A stretch of DNA of 64,000 nucleotides from Candidatus Latescibacterota bacterium. GTDB taxonomy: Bacteria > Latescibacterota > UBA2968 > GCA-2709665. A program made the translations under genes and the position numbers. The DNA lies in the NCBI GenBank assembly GCA_965116875.1, contig OZ220733.1:4640001-4704000 (forward strand), given 5' to 3'. Below the pieces are notes generated by a model. That model worked only from the letters and a program-made list of their open reading frames with translations. It made no database searches and was not told where the DNA came from. This document shows, one piece after another, positions 38,970 through 49,800 of this stretch (within the stretch, counting starts at the first letter, position 1; every line of letters begins with the position of its first letter).

Positions 38970-41900
38970 ATACGGTCTTCACCATATTGTCCGTAGCCAG
39001 ATACGAGCGCAAAATGCTGATGCGAACAATCCGGTTTCGCATCCTGGGCGGTATCGGCGTACTCATCCCCGTTGTCCTGGGTATCGGCGTGGCGATCGCG
39101 GAATCCAGAGGCGTCGAATTCGAATCCGTCAGCGGAATCGGCGCCTATATGCCCTTCTTCGTCTACAGCCTCCTCCAGACCGTGGTGATCGCGTTTATTG
39201 TGGGAGATTTCAGGGCGGCGGATGAACGCGCGGGAATCTACGAGGTGGTTGCGGCGCGGCCGCTGTCTACAGCCGAACTGGTCATGGGCAAATATCTGGG
39301 GGTACTGGGTGCGCTGATCACGCTGAGCCTGATTGTGCTGGTGCTCAGCCTGGGGGTGCAGGCGGCCAAAATCAGCATTACGGGCGCCCCGTTTGCGATT
39401 CGACCCTATCTGACGTACCTGCTTCTGCTGAACCTGCCGGGGCTGATTTACATGTCCGCCCTTACGTTCTTCCTCGGGGCGGTGCTGCGCCGGCAGGCCG
39501 CGGTGACCGTGCTGACCATCGCGTATGTACTGATTGTCCTCCTGTTCCTCGGACGCCGATATGGCGGGGTCTACGACTTCGGCGCGTTCTTCGCTCCTGT
39601 GTTCTACTCGGATATGCTCGGCCTCGGCGATATTCGACGCGTCGTGGAAATCCGGTTCTTCTACGCCCTGCTTGCCCTGTTTTTCTTCGGCCTGTCAATC
39701 GACCGGTATCCGCGGCTGCCTCAATCCCGGGCCTGGCGCAGGTTCGGCCGGTGTCTGACTGCCGGCGGTTTCGCTGCCGCGCTGGGTCTCTACCTGTATA
39801 TTGAAAACCGCGACGCCTCAGACCTCGCGTACAGGACAGCGCAGCTGGAAGTACATGAGAGATACGCCGAACAGCCAACCGTGGCTGTAACGCATTACAC
39901 GCTCGACCTGGATCTTGCCGCAGACCGGATGCCCCTGCGGGGCACGGCGGTTCTGCGCGTTTCCAACCCTCATTCCGTTCCGCTCGACACGCTGGTGTTC
40001 AGTCTCAACCCGGGATTGAGACTGCGATCCGTGAGTGTGCGAAGCGGAGAGGACGCTGCCGTGAACTGGAGGCGTGAAACCGCCGTCGTACGGGTCGGCC
40101 GGATGCTCCGGCCTGACAGCACCGCGACGCTGGCGTTCGTATACGACGGTTCGATTGACCTCAGCGGATTCGATCTGAAGCGCCATCCGGATGCGAGGCG
40201 TCTGAAGAAACGGCGCGCGGGGCCGGGAAGAAAGGGCGATCTGACCGCCTGGATTCGCGGGAATTCCGTATTCCTGCCGCCCCGCAGCCGGTGGTATCCT
40301 TCGCCGGGCGTGGATTACGGACACGAGGATGGCAGACCCGTGTCCTTCGCCACCGCGGATTTGGATATCTCTCTTCCGGCGGGTCTGGAGGTTGTTACCC
40401 AGGGTGTGCCGGTCAGCCGGAAGGCGAAGGGCGATCGGGAGGTCCATTCGTGGAAAGCGCGTCGCCCCGTACCCTTTCTTTCGCTCAACGCTGGCGTCTA
40501 CCGTGTCTTCCAGGCCGAAATCCATGATATCCAATGCGCCGTTTACGTTCATCCGGCCCATGCCAGGCAGGTCACCTTCTTCGAAGACGCCAGGGACGAC
40601 GCCCTCGAAACGCTGGGCGAAATCCTGGACAGCGTTGAACAGGAAACCGGCCTGACCTATCCCTACGAACGCCTGTCAGTTGTGGAGGTGCCGTTCCAGG
40701 TACAATGGTATTACGACGGATGGGAGGAAGCCGGAGGTCTCGTGCAGCCGGGCGTGCTGATGCTGGAAGAGGACGTCCTGATGCGGCTCAATCTGCAGCG
40801 GCGCCTGAAATGGATGCAGCGGCGGCAGAGACGCAACGACGACCCCGCGAGGATAAAGCGGGATCTGCTGGTCAGCGCGGTCCTGCGCACGTTTCTTGCC
40901 CGGGAATCGTCTCAAAGTGGCGTCTACCGGAGTCCAGTGGCGCACCTCTGGTCCTTCAACAAGGGCTTCGAAGGCGAACACTACTCCCTGCTCAAGCGCG
41001 GAATGCCCGTCTATATTCAGCAACATCTCGAGACCAGCCTGCAGCAAAGCCTGTATTCGCGGCGTGGCAGGTTCCGGGGTCTGTTCCGGCGCAACAGGGG
41101 CGCGCGAGGCGTCTCCTGGGATACGGTAACGACAAAGATGCGCCAGCGTTCCTTCGCGGAGCTGGACCCGGATGCCGACGAGGAACTCTACCGGGCGGTC
41201 GTCGACGCCAAGGGCGCCTCCATGTTCGGGATGATGCAGGCCGTGGTGGGTGACGAGACGTTCAGAGACGTGGTCAGCGGTTTCGAGGCGTCAAACCGGC
41301 ACGCGGCGGTCGACTTCGAGTCGTTCGAACGCGCGGCCGTCGGAGATTCCTCCAGCCGGGCCGAACGACCCAACCTGCATCGCCTCGTCAGCGACTGGCT
41401 GCACGGCACACAGGTTCCGGGATATACGCTCACCAGGGCAAAGGCGTACAAAGTGGACGATGGGTGGGGAATGATCGTGTATCAGGTCGTCGTGCGGATC
41501 CGAAACGGAGAACCGGGGCGCGGATTCGTCCAGATTCGAGCGATGGGGAGGGAGGACGAGGCGGTGAAGGGCGTTGAGATCGAGGGTGGGCAGGAAGTCG
41601 AGGTGGGGTTGATTCTCTGGGAACGGCCGTCGAGAGTCAGCGTCGAGCCGTTTTTTGCAAGAAACCGCCGCGTTCTGATGGCGCCGCTGCGCATACCCGA
41701 GCAGCCGATGGACGGTTCCGCCACGACCTACGTGAGAGAGGTCGCCCCGGATGAGACGGGATTGACCGAGATCATCGTGGACAACGACGACGAAGGCTTC
41801 GAAATGCCGGTCCGGAGGGTGCGGCGTTATTTCCGACCGCAGTTGAAAGGGGACAACTGGCAGGAACGACAGATGCCGTTTTCATTCGGCCGGTATGAGA

Positions 41901-42364
41901 CCAACTACAGGTGGAAGAAACCCGGCGACGGCGCGCAACCGGCGGTCTGGACGGCCCGTTTGCCGCACAGCGGGGATTACGACGTCTACTACTATTTCGT
42001 TCATCCCCGGTTCGCCAGGCGTCTGCGAATGGCCACGGAATTCAGTCTGGCGGTCTGCCACGGCGGCGAGGTGGATACACTGGCGGTCGAAGCGGACAGG
42101 CTCAAGGGCGGCTGGAACGTGATGGGTCGATACCGATTCGAGGGTGGGGAGTTGGCCCGCGTCGAACTGTCCGACCGGGCAAACGGGCGCCTCTATGCCG
42201 ATGCGGTGCGCTGGAGGTACGTGGATCCCGATCACCCGGAAGAGGTGTATGAAGAAGATCTTCCGACGTGGAATTTCGGTCGGGGCCGTCGGGGCGGCGA
42301 CCGGGGCGGGCGAGGGGGCGGCAGCCGGAGCGGCGGAGGGCAAACGCGGGGAAGAGGTTGGTAA
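38966..42364 (+). CDS. ABC-2-type permease fused to a degenerate M1-aminopeptidase-like domain and golvesin-like C-terminal domain
   Basis: About 7 N-terminal TM helices (ERAG..E...RP..GKYLG); THYTLDL, LNPGL, WYP, YPYERLSVVEVP; IIVDNDD.GF..AVW..GDYDVY..YADAVRW. Confidence 0.75.
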   Translation: MNTVFTILSVARYERKMLMRTIRFRILGGIGVLIPVVLGIGVAIAESRGVEFESVSGIGAYMPFFVYSLLQTVVIAFIVGDFRAADERAGIYEVVAARPLSTAELVMGKYLGVLGALITLSLIVLVLSLGVQAAKISITGAPFAIRPYLTYLLLLNLPGLIYMSALTFFLGAVLRRQAAVTVLTIAYVLIVLLFLGRRYGGVYDFGAFFAPVFYSDMLGLGDIRRVVEIRFFYALLALFFFGLSIDRYPRLPQSRAWRRFGRCLTAGGFAAALGLYLYIENRDASDLAYRTAQLEVHERYAEQPTVAVTHYTLDLDLAADRMPLRGTAVLRVSNPHSVPLDTLVFSLNPGLRLRSVSVRSGEDAAVNWRRETAVVRVGRMLRPDSTATLAFVYDGSIDLSGFDLKRHPDARRLKKRRAGPGRKGDLTAWIRGNSVFLPPRSRWYPSPGVDYGHEDGRPVSFATADLDISLPAGLEVVTQGVPVSRKAKGDREVHSWKARRPVPFLSLNAGVYRVFQAEIHDIQCAVYVHPAHARQVTFFEDARDDALETLGEILDSVEQETGLTYPYERLSVVEVPFQVQWYYDGWEEAGGLVQPGVLMLEEDVLMRLNLQRRLKWMQRRQRRNDDPARIKRDLLVSAVLRTFLARESSQSGVYRSPVAHLWSFNKGFEGEHYSLLKRGMPVYIQQHLETSLQQSLYSRRGRFRGLFRRNRGARGVSWDTVTTKMRQRSFAELDPDADEELYRAVVDAKGASMFGMMQAVVGDETFRDVVSGFEASNRHAAVDFESFERAAVGDSSSRAERPNLHRLVSDWLHGTQVPGYTLTRAKAYKVDDGWGMIVYQVVVRIRNGEPGRGFVQIRAMGREDEAVKGVEIEGGQEVEVGLILWERPSRVSVEPFFARNRRVLMAPLRIPEQPMDGSATTYVREVAPDETGLTEIIVDNDDEGFEMPVRRVRRYFRPQLKGDNWQERQMPFSFGRYETNYRWKKPGDGAQPAVWTARLPHSGDYDVYYYFVHPRFARRLRMATEFSLAVCHGGEVDTLAVEADRLKGGWNVMGRYRFEGGELARVELSDRANGRLYADAVRWRYVDPDHPEEVYEEDLPTWNFGRGRRGGDRGGRGGGSRSGGGQTRGRGW

Positions 42365-42423
42365 TCCGCTGTAGACCAGCGAATGATAACCATTATATGA
42401 GGTGCAACTTGAACAGAAAAACC

Positions 42424-43491
42424 ATGAACGGTTATTGGATGGTATTCATGGCTGTTGCCCTTCTGGCCGGATGTGGCGGGCAGACCGAACAGCGTTCCGT
42501 GGATCTGACCGTCCCCGTAACGGTTCAGGCGGTGCGTCTGGACACCATGGAGGCGACGGTGGCGGCCACGGGTACGCTCCGGCCCGTCAGAGAAGCCCGT
42601 ATTCAGACCGAGGTCGAAGGAATTATCCAATATGTGGCGCGGGGCGTTGGAGGACGGCCGACGGAGGGAATGCGGGTGACCCGGAACCAGGTAATCGCCC
42701 GGCTAGTGAACAAGGAGCTTGTCGTAAACGCCCGCCTGGAGTCCCGTGATCTTGCTCGCGCCTCAGCGGAGCGTACGTTGCGCGAGCAGGAGGTACTCGT
42801 CAACCGGAAACTGGGCACGGAGAGAGACCTGGAAGAAGCGCGCCAGGCCCTTGCGGAGGCCGAATCCAACTATGAAGACGCTCTCGTTCAGATCGCCAAG
42901 ACGACGATCCGGACGCCAATCGCCGGCTTTCTGACAGGATTGGCCGATATTACCGAGGGCACGATGGTGGAGGCCCGCACGACCATTGCAACGGTGATGG
43001 ATTACCAACAGGTACTCGTCGATCTCAAAGTTCCGAACGCATATATCGCAACCGTTTCAACGGGCCAGGTCTTGCGCGTGGAGAACTACGCATTGCCCAA
43101 CCGACGGTTTCTGGGGACCGTCAGGGTGGTGGACCCGGCCATCGATCCGGCGACGCGTACGTTCCGGGTGGTGGGGGCGGTGAAAAACCCGAACCGGATG
43201 TTACGGCCGGGGATGTTCGTGAAGGCAGAGATTGTCACAGAGTCTCACGAAGACGCGGTGGTAATCCCGCGACGATTCGTCCTGACGCGCCAGAATCGCA
43301 AGGTGGTGTTCGTCGAGGAGGAGGGAAGGGCGCAGATGCGCGACGTGGAGCTGGGACTGGAGGGATCGGAACAGGTCGAGATTCTCGAAGGGCTTGAACC
43401 TGGCGAGCGCCTCATTACCAGCAACTACGAGACGCTGCGGTCCCGTACGCGCGTGCGTGTAACCGGGGAGGACGCTGCGGGGCGGCGGTGA
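42424..43491 (+). CDS. RND membrane-fusion (periplasmic adaptor) lipoprotein
   Basis: Lipobox LAGC, TGTL.P, IRTPIAG, IDPATRTF, LRPGMF, VEILEGL. Confidence 0.92.
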   Translation: MNGYWMVFMAVALLAGCGGQTEQRSVDLTVPVTVQAVRLDTMEATVAATGTLRPVREARIQTEVEGIIQYVARGVGGRPTEGMRVTRNQVIARLVNKELVVNARLESRDLARASAERTLREQEVLVNRKLGTERDLEEARQALAEAESNYEDALVQIAKTTIRTPIAGFLTGLADITEGTMVEARTTIATVMDYQQVLVDLKVPNAYIATVSTGQVLRVENYALPNRRFLGTVRVVDPAIDPATRTFRVVGAVKNPNRMLRPGMFVKAEIVTESHEDAVVIPRRFVLTRQNRKVVFVEEEGRAQMRDVELGLEGSEQVEILEGLEPGERLITSNYETLRSRTRVRVTGEDAAGRR

Positions 43492-43774
43492 TGAATACGC
43501 GCTGCGAACGTCCGTGGTCCTGACAGTCCATTGCCGACTCAAGAGGTACCGTCCGCGGCGAACGAAACATCGTGAGCGTTCTCGATTGGACCCCTTTGGG
43601 GCCCAGGGACTTCGTGTGGGCCTTCCGGAGGGGTTTTTTCACCCGTCGCCAGACCTCGTCTCCGGGCCGTGTCACATCTGCTCGAGGACGTTTGTTCCTT
43701 CGATCGCGGTCATACATGTAAACCACGGTTTCTGAGCCAAAGAAACCAGCGCTCATTCAAAAAGGGCCAATACG

Positions 43775-46700
43775 ATGTCATTGCCCGAATTTTCCACGAA
43801 ATATCCCGTGACGGTCGCGATGGCGACGTTGGCGGTAGCGCTCCTTGGCTGGATCTCGCTGGACCGGCTCGACGTGGATCTCTTGCCCGACCTGCGTTCT
43901 CCCGTGATCACTGTCGACCTGCGATTTCCCGGAAAGACGCCCAGGGAGATGGAGGAACGGTACGCGCAGCGCCTGGAAGGGGACATCGGTACGGTGCGGC
44001 ACGTAAAACGCGTCCATTCGGTGTCCCGCTCCGGGCAGGCCGTGGTGATCGCGGAGTTCGAGTGGGATGCGGACATGGATTTCGCGGTTCTCGACGTGCA
44101 GAAGAAAGTGGCGCGGTACGCATCGGACCCGGATATCACGAGTCTGGACGTGACGCAGGAAGACCCGCAGGCATTGCCGGTGATGCGTCTGGCTGTTTCG
44201 GGGGCGGACTGGCAGGATCCCGATGAATTGCTGGGCAGCGTGGAGACGATCATCCGGCCCAAGCTCGAAGGGTTGCCGGGGGTGGCTTCGGCTGAAATCG
44301 AAGGGGGAGCCGAAAAGGAGATCCGCGTCATACTGGATTCCTATCTCCTGCAAGCATTCGGCGTGAATTCCGCGACGGTGGTCTCGCGGATTCGTGAAGC
44401 GAATTCGGATGTCTCCGGAGGAACGTTGAAGGACGGGCAGCAATCCTACCTGGTGAAGGGCCTGGGAAGGCTGACCGACCTGGCGGACGTGAACAGCCTG
44501 GTTGTGGGCGAGCGCAGCGGCGGATCTTCGAACGGCGGCGAAAACGCCTCGACCGAACGCGTGCCGGTCACGGTCAGCGACGTGGGTACCGTGGCCCTCC
44601 GGTATAAGGATAGGGAAACCATCGTCCGTCTGGACGGGATGGAGTGCGTAGGGCTTTCGGTCTACAAGGAAGCCGGCGCGAACACCTCTTCAGTGGTTAA
44701 CGGGGTACTGCAGGAACTGGAGAGCCTGGAGGCCGATCTGGCCGGCATCCGGTTTACGGTGGTGGAAAACCAGGCACGCTTTGTCGAACGTGCGGTAAAC
44801 GAAGTCGAAGAGGCGGCAGTTATCGGCGCATTGCTGGCCGTGGGCGTGCTGCTTGCCGCGCTCCGGCAATGGACCGCCACGCTGGTGATCGGTCTTGCCA
44901 TTCCGATTTCCGTTCTGGCGACATTTACGCTGATGTATTTCCAGGGGTTGACGTTGAATGTGATGACCCTGGGCGGTCTCGCGCTCGGCGCCGGAATGCT
45001 GGTGGATAACGCCATCGTCGTGATTGAGAACATCTACCGGCGCCTCGAAAGCGGTGAATCAGCCGCAGAAGCCTCCGTCAGAGGCGCCGGCGAGGTCGGC
45101 GTGGCGATACTGGCGTCCACACTGACGACCGTGTCCGTGTTTCTACCCATCGTTTATCTTCACGGTCTGGCCGGCGAACTCTTCAAGGAACAGGCATGGA
45201 CGGTGGCGTTCTCACTGGTTTCGTCTCTCGCGGTGGCGATGTCGGTGGTCCCCATGATGACCGCACGGCTTTTCAGGCGGTATCCACGCAGGTCCACCGG
45301 GGTCGCCGGGGCGCGGACGTTCCGGCGTTTTCTGGACGCGTCGCTCAACCGTAAAGGCCGCACGACAGCGGTACTGGCAGCCTGCATTGCGGCCGCCTTC
45401 TATATGGCCGCGTCCATCCATACGTCGTTCATTCCCACGGAAGACGAGGGGGTACTCCACCTGGACCTCGCGATGCCGGAAGGCACGAGACTCGAGTCAA
45501 CAGACAGGGTGGCGAGACGCGTTGCGGCCATTTCGCAGGCGGTTGCCGGAGAGGAAGCCCGGCACATCTACCTGCGGGTGGGAACGGATCCGAACCGGTT
45601 CACGGCCGTTGGAGAGCCCACAGGCCCGAACCGGGCCGAACTGACGGTCGTCCTGGGCCCTCGGGCGGACCGCCGTGGCGTTACCGAGCTCACCGCCGCA
45701 CTGGATGCTGCCCTCCTGGACGTGCCGAATATCAAGGTGAACTATAGACTCCATAAATCTGCGTTGGAAGGACTTATACGTGGAGGCGCTGCACCGGTCC
45801 AGGTGGAAGTGAGTGGCGAGAACCTGATATTGCTTCGGGAACTGACGGCAGAACTGAAACGGCGCATGGATGCGTTGTCGACGGTATATAATGTTCGAAC
45901 CAGCTTCCAGGACGGGCAGCCCGAAGTGGACGTCGTGCTACGACCGGACGTCACCGCGGCGTTCGGCCTGACTTCACAAAACCTCGTGCGTGAACTCGAG
46001 CGCAGACTCGGCGGCGAGGAAGCCGGTGAACTGTCCAAAGACCAGCGCGAGCGAACCATCCGGGTGGGTTTCGCGGACGTGGATCTCCGTGAACTGGAAC
46101 ACGCCAGAATTGACGGCCCCGACGGGGCAATGCTCACACTGGGAGATCTCGCGGACCTTCGCGTGGTTCAGGGTCCAAGGGAAATCCTGCGTGACGGACA
46201 GCGCAGGGTGGGGAGGGTATCCGCGTTTCTGGCCGAAGGCATGGTCTTGAGCCAGGCGGCAGCGCAGATCAGGCAGGCGGTTGGGCAGATGGCCGTTCCA
46301 CATGGGTATCGTATAACGATCACCGGAGAGGAACGTGAACGGGCCGAATCATTCGGAGGCCTGCAATTCGCCCTCCTGTTGTCCGTGGTACTCGTCTACA
46401 TGGTCATGGCCTCGCTCTTCGAGTCTTTGCTGCATCCATTTACCGTAATGCTGACAGTGCCGTTGGCCGGCATCGGGGTGGTGTTCGCATTCTGGGGCCT
46501 TGGAGAGGCGTTTGGCGTGATGGCATTCATCGGAGCGATCATGCTGGGAGGCATCGCCGTGAACGACGCCATCATTCTGGTGGATCACATCAACCAGCTG
46601 CGGCGTAAAACCTCCGACGTCAGAACCGCCGTACTCCAGGGCGCGCAGGATCGGCTCCGACCGATCCTGATGACCAGCGCCACGACCATTCTGGCCCTGT

Positions 46701-46858
46701 TGCCCATGGCGGTGGGCGTGGGCGAAGGCGCACGTCTCCGGGCGCCGATGGCGGTGGCGGTCATCGGAGGACTGGTCACATCCACATTGATGACCCTGGT
46801 GGTGATTCCGGTTGTCTACGAACTGATCGAACGGCTCAGAAACAGGAGTGCGGCGTGA
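43775..46858 (+). CDS. AcrB/AcrD/AcrF-family RND permease
   Basis: LDVDLLP, AIPISVLATF, GMLVDNAIVVIENI, LVYMVMASLFES, RLRPILMT, IGGLVTST. Confidence 0.93.
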   Translation: MSLPEFSTKYPVTVAMATLAVALLGWISLDRLDVDLLPDLRSPVITVDLRFPGKTPREMEERYAQRLEGDIGTVRHVKRVHSVSRSGQAVVIAEFEWDADMDFAVLDVQKKVARYASDPDITSLDVTQEDPQALPVMRLAVSGADWQDPDELLGSVETIIRPKLEGLPGVASAEIEGGAEKEIRVILDSYLLQAFGVNSATVVSRIREANSDVSGGTLKDGQQSYLVKGLGRLTDLADVNSLVVGERSGGSSNGGENASTERVPVTVSDVGTVALRYKDRETIVRLDGMECVGLSVYKEAGANTSSVVNGVLQELESLEADLAGIRFTVVENQARFVERAVNEVEEAAVIGALLAVGVLLAALRQWTATLVIGLAIPISVLATFTLMYFQGLTLNVMTLGGLALGAGMLVDNAIVVIENIYRRLESGESAAEASVRGAGEVGVAILASTLTTVSVFLPIVYLHGLAGELFKEQAWTVAFSLVSSLAVAMSVVPMMTARLFRRYPRRSTGVAGARTFRRFLDASLNRKGRTTAVLAACIAAAFYMAASIHTSFIPTEDEGVLHLDLAMPEGTRLESTDRVARRVAAISQAVAGEEARHIYLRVGTDPNRFTAVGEPTGPNRAELTVVLGPRADRRGVTELTAALDAALLDVPNIKVNYRLHKSALEGLIRGGAAPVQVEVSGENLILLRELTAELKRRMDALSTVYNVRTSFQDGQPEVDVVLRPDVTAAFGLTSQNLVRELERRLGGEEAGELSKDQRERTIRVGFADVDLRELEHARIDGPDGAMLTLGDLADLRVVQGPREILRDGQRRVGRVSAFLAEGMVLSQAAAQIRQAVGQMAVPHGYRITITGEERERAESFGGLQFALLLSVVLVYMVMASLFESLLHPFTVMLTVPLAGIGVVFAFWGLGEAFGVMAFIGAIMLGGIAVNDAIILVDHINQLRRKTSDVRTAVLQGAQDRLRPILMTSATTILALLPMAVGVGEGARLRAPMAVAVIGGLVTSTLMTLVVIPVVYELIERLRNRSAA

Positions 46859-49800
46859 TTCTCCCCGATCTTGCGGTCCGGCGGCCGGTGACGACGTCCA
46901 TGTTCTTCGCCGCATTCGCCATATTGGGCGTCGTGTCGTGGACGAGGCTTCCGATTCAACTCTTTCCCGAGCTGATCTTTCCCGAGGTGTTTGTCACGCT
47001 GACGCTGCAGGGCGCCTCTCCGGAACAGGTAGAGAGAGATCTGCTGATTCCGGTAGAAGGGGAGATCGGCAAGCTCGACGGCGTTCAGGAGATGGAATCG
47101 TTCGCGACGGCCAACCGGGGGGGAATCCGGATATCCTACGCCCCCGACGTGGATATGAAATTCGCCCTGCTTCAGCTGCAGAGCAACCTGAACAGATTGC
47201 AGCCGACATTGCCCGAGCGCACGCAGACCGATGTGCGCAGGTTCGACTCGACGGATTTCAGCAGCAGCATTATGGAGCTTCACGTGCTTGCCGACTGGGA
47301 CCTGAACTCGTTGCGTGAGTTCACGGAGGAAAAGATCCGACCCGAACTGGAGTCTGTCGACGGTGTTGTGAACGTATCTATAATGGGCGGGCGCCGCAGC
47401 GCCGTGGAAATCGTCCTTGATCCGTTTCTGCTGGAGGCGCATGGCCTTTCGGCGGGGCAGGTGCGGACGAGACTGAACAGCCATAACCGGAGGCGCGAGT
47501 ACCTGGGCCGGGTATTCGACGGGAACCGGGCCTATTCAGTGAGTATTCAGGGACAGTTCACGGACCTGCGTCAGATTCGCGACCTCGTTGTGAACGACGA
47601 CGGCACGCTCAGGCTGGGCGACGTTTCGCGGATCGCATACGGCCTTCAGGAACAGGCCGACCGGCACAGGGTCAATGGCAAACCGTCGGTCGGCGTACGA
47701 ATCCAGAAGGACGACGAAGCGAATCTGATCGAAGTGGCCGCGGCCGTGGAAGCCACCATCGGGCGGCTGAATCGGGACCTGGAAAGTGAAGGCGTGGAAC
47801 TGGGGGTGAGTTCCTCCCAGGCCGATTTGATGAACGGGGCGCTTTCCACCCTGAAACAGGCGGCCGTGGTCGGCGCCGTACTCGGACTGATCGTACTCTT
47901 TCTGTTTCTTCGTAACCTTCGCTTTGTATCGGTTCTCCTGCTGGCCATCCCGGTTTCACTCCTGATGACCTTCAATCTGATGTACCTGGGCGGACTGTCT
48001 GTCAACGTCCTGTCGCTTTGCGGTCTCGCCCTCGCGATGGGAATGCTTGCAGACAACGGCATCGTGGTGATGGAGAATATCTTCAAACACCACGAGCGAG
48101 GAAAATCGCCGGCTCGCGCTGCGCGTGACGGGGCTTCCGAAGTGGGGCGCGCCGTGGTCGCGGCAACGGCAACCACGGTAACCGCATTCCTGCCGGTTCT
48201 GTTTATCGAAAGCGATACGCGGGACCTGCTGCGCGAACTCGCGTTGTCCATGGCGTTTCCGCTCCTGGCGTCTCTGCTGGTTGCGCTTACGCTGGTTCCC
48301 GCCCTCGCCGTCCGCGCGTTGAGCCGGGAGGTCCGGCAGCCGCCGGACGTCCGCGGTCTGCTGGAACGGTACACCCTCCTGCTGAAGGCCGCCTTGCGCC
48401 ACCGCGCGTCGGTGGTCCTGGCCGTGGGTGGCGCTCTCCTGCTGACGCTCGTACTGGCTTTCTTCTACCTGCTTCAACAGCAGGTACGGAGAGAGGAGAC
48501 GCGCTTTACGGTTTACGTGAATCTGCCGGAAGGAGCCACGCTGGATGCCACGGATGAGGTGGTGAAACAGGTGGAAGCGTCCGTTCGGGAGGTGCCCGGA
48601 CTGGATCGGTTTACGACGTCGGTCCGGGAGGCCGAGGCCGACGTAACCGTCATGCTGCTCAACCGCTCCGACCGGCCCGCCGGTATCTCGATGGATGAAA
48701 TCAAGGAACGGCTGGACGAGAAACTGCAGAATGTACAGGGTGGCGTCGTCGGTTACGAACCCAGGGCGCGGGCGGGGAGGGGCGGCCGCGGGCAGGGGAT
48801 CGGGCAACGACGGAGACGCGGTTCCGGAGGCTTCGATCTGACCGGGGCCGCGCCGAACGAGCAGGTTGTGGTACGCGGATATGACTTTACGATACTGACG
48901 ATGCTTGCGAACGACGTGTCATACCGGCTCGAGGAACTCGAGGAAGTGGATGCCAACAGCGTACGCGCGGACGCCGAGCGGAGTTCGCCCGAGGTCCAGG
49001 TGATACCCGAGGCGGCCGCCCTGTTCGACCGGCGGCTCGGCGCGCAGGAGGTTCTCGCCGCAATGGGCGACACCCGATGGGACGGATTCCGCACAACCGT
49101 TCCGTTTCTGTTGCCCGACGCGACCGAGATACCCATCGAGGTACGTACGATTGAAGAGGAGGACCGCGACCGGTACGGGCTGGCCGAATTCCGTCGTTCG
49201 CGTATTCTGAATCAGGACGGCCACTATGTGCCTCTTGACGAAGTCGCGCGGGTCCGGACTGACGAGGGCAGAAGCAGCCTGCTTCGGACCGATCAGGCCC
49301 GCCGGCTCGTGGTTACCTACAGGTTTCCTTCGGAAATCCTGGATTCACAGCCCCGGTTGGAACTTGCGAGACGGGTCGTGCGAGCGACGCTGCAGGATAT
49401 GGTGCTGCCTGAGGGTTATTCTATCGAAATCATCGAGGCGCACGAGGAGATGATCTACTATTGGATGATGGCAATCGCCGCGGTACTGATCTATATGATT
49501 CTGGCGTCGCTGTTTGAATCGCTCTCCTCTCCGATCATCATCCTGTGTACGCTCCCGCCCGCCGCCATCGGCTCCTGCTGGGCGCTGATGATGTCAGGCA
49601 CGGGCCTGAGCCAGCAGGAGGGCCCCATGGCGCTCCTGGGATTCATCGTCCTGCTGGGTATTGCCGTAAATAACGGGATCATCCTGGTCGACGCGGTCGG
49701 TGTACTCAGGTCCCGGTTCGGCTACCGCCGTGAACGCGCTGTACTGACCGCGGCGAGGTCCCGCCTGCGACCCATCCTCATGACGACGGCCACGACGCTG

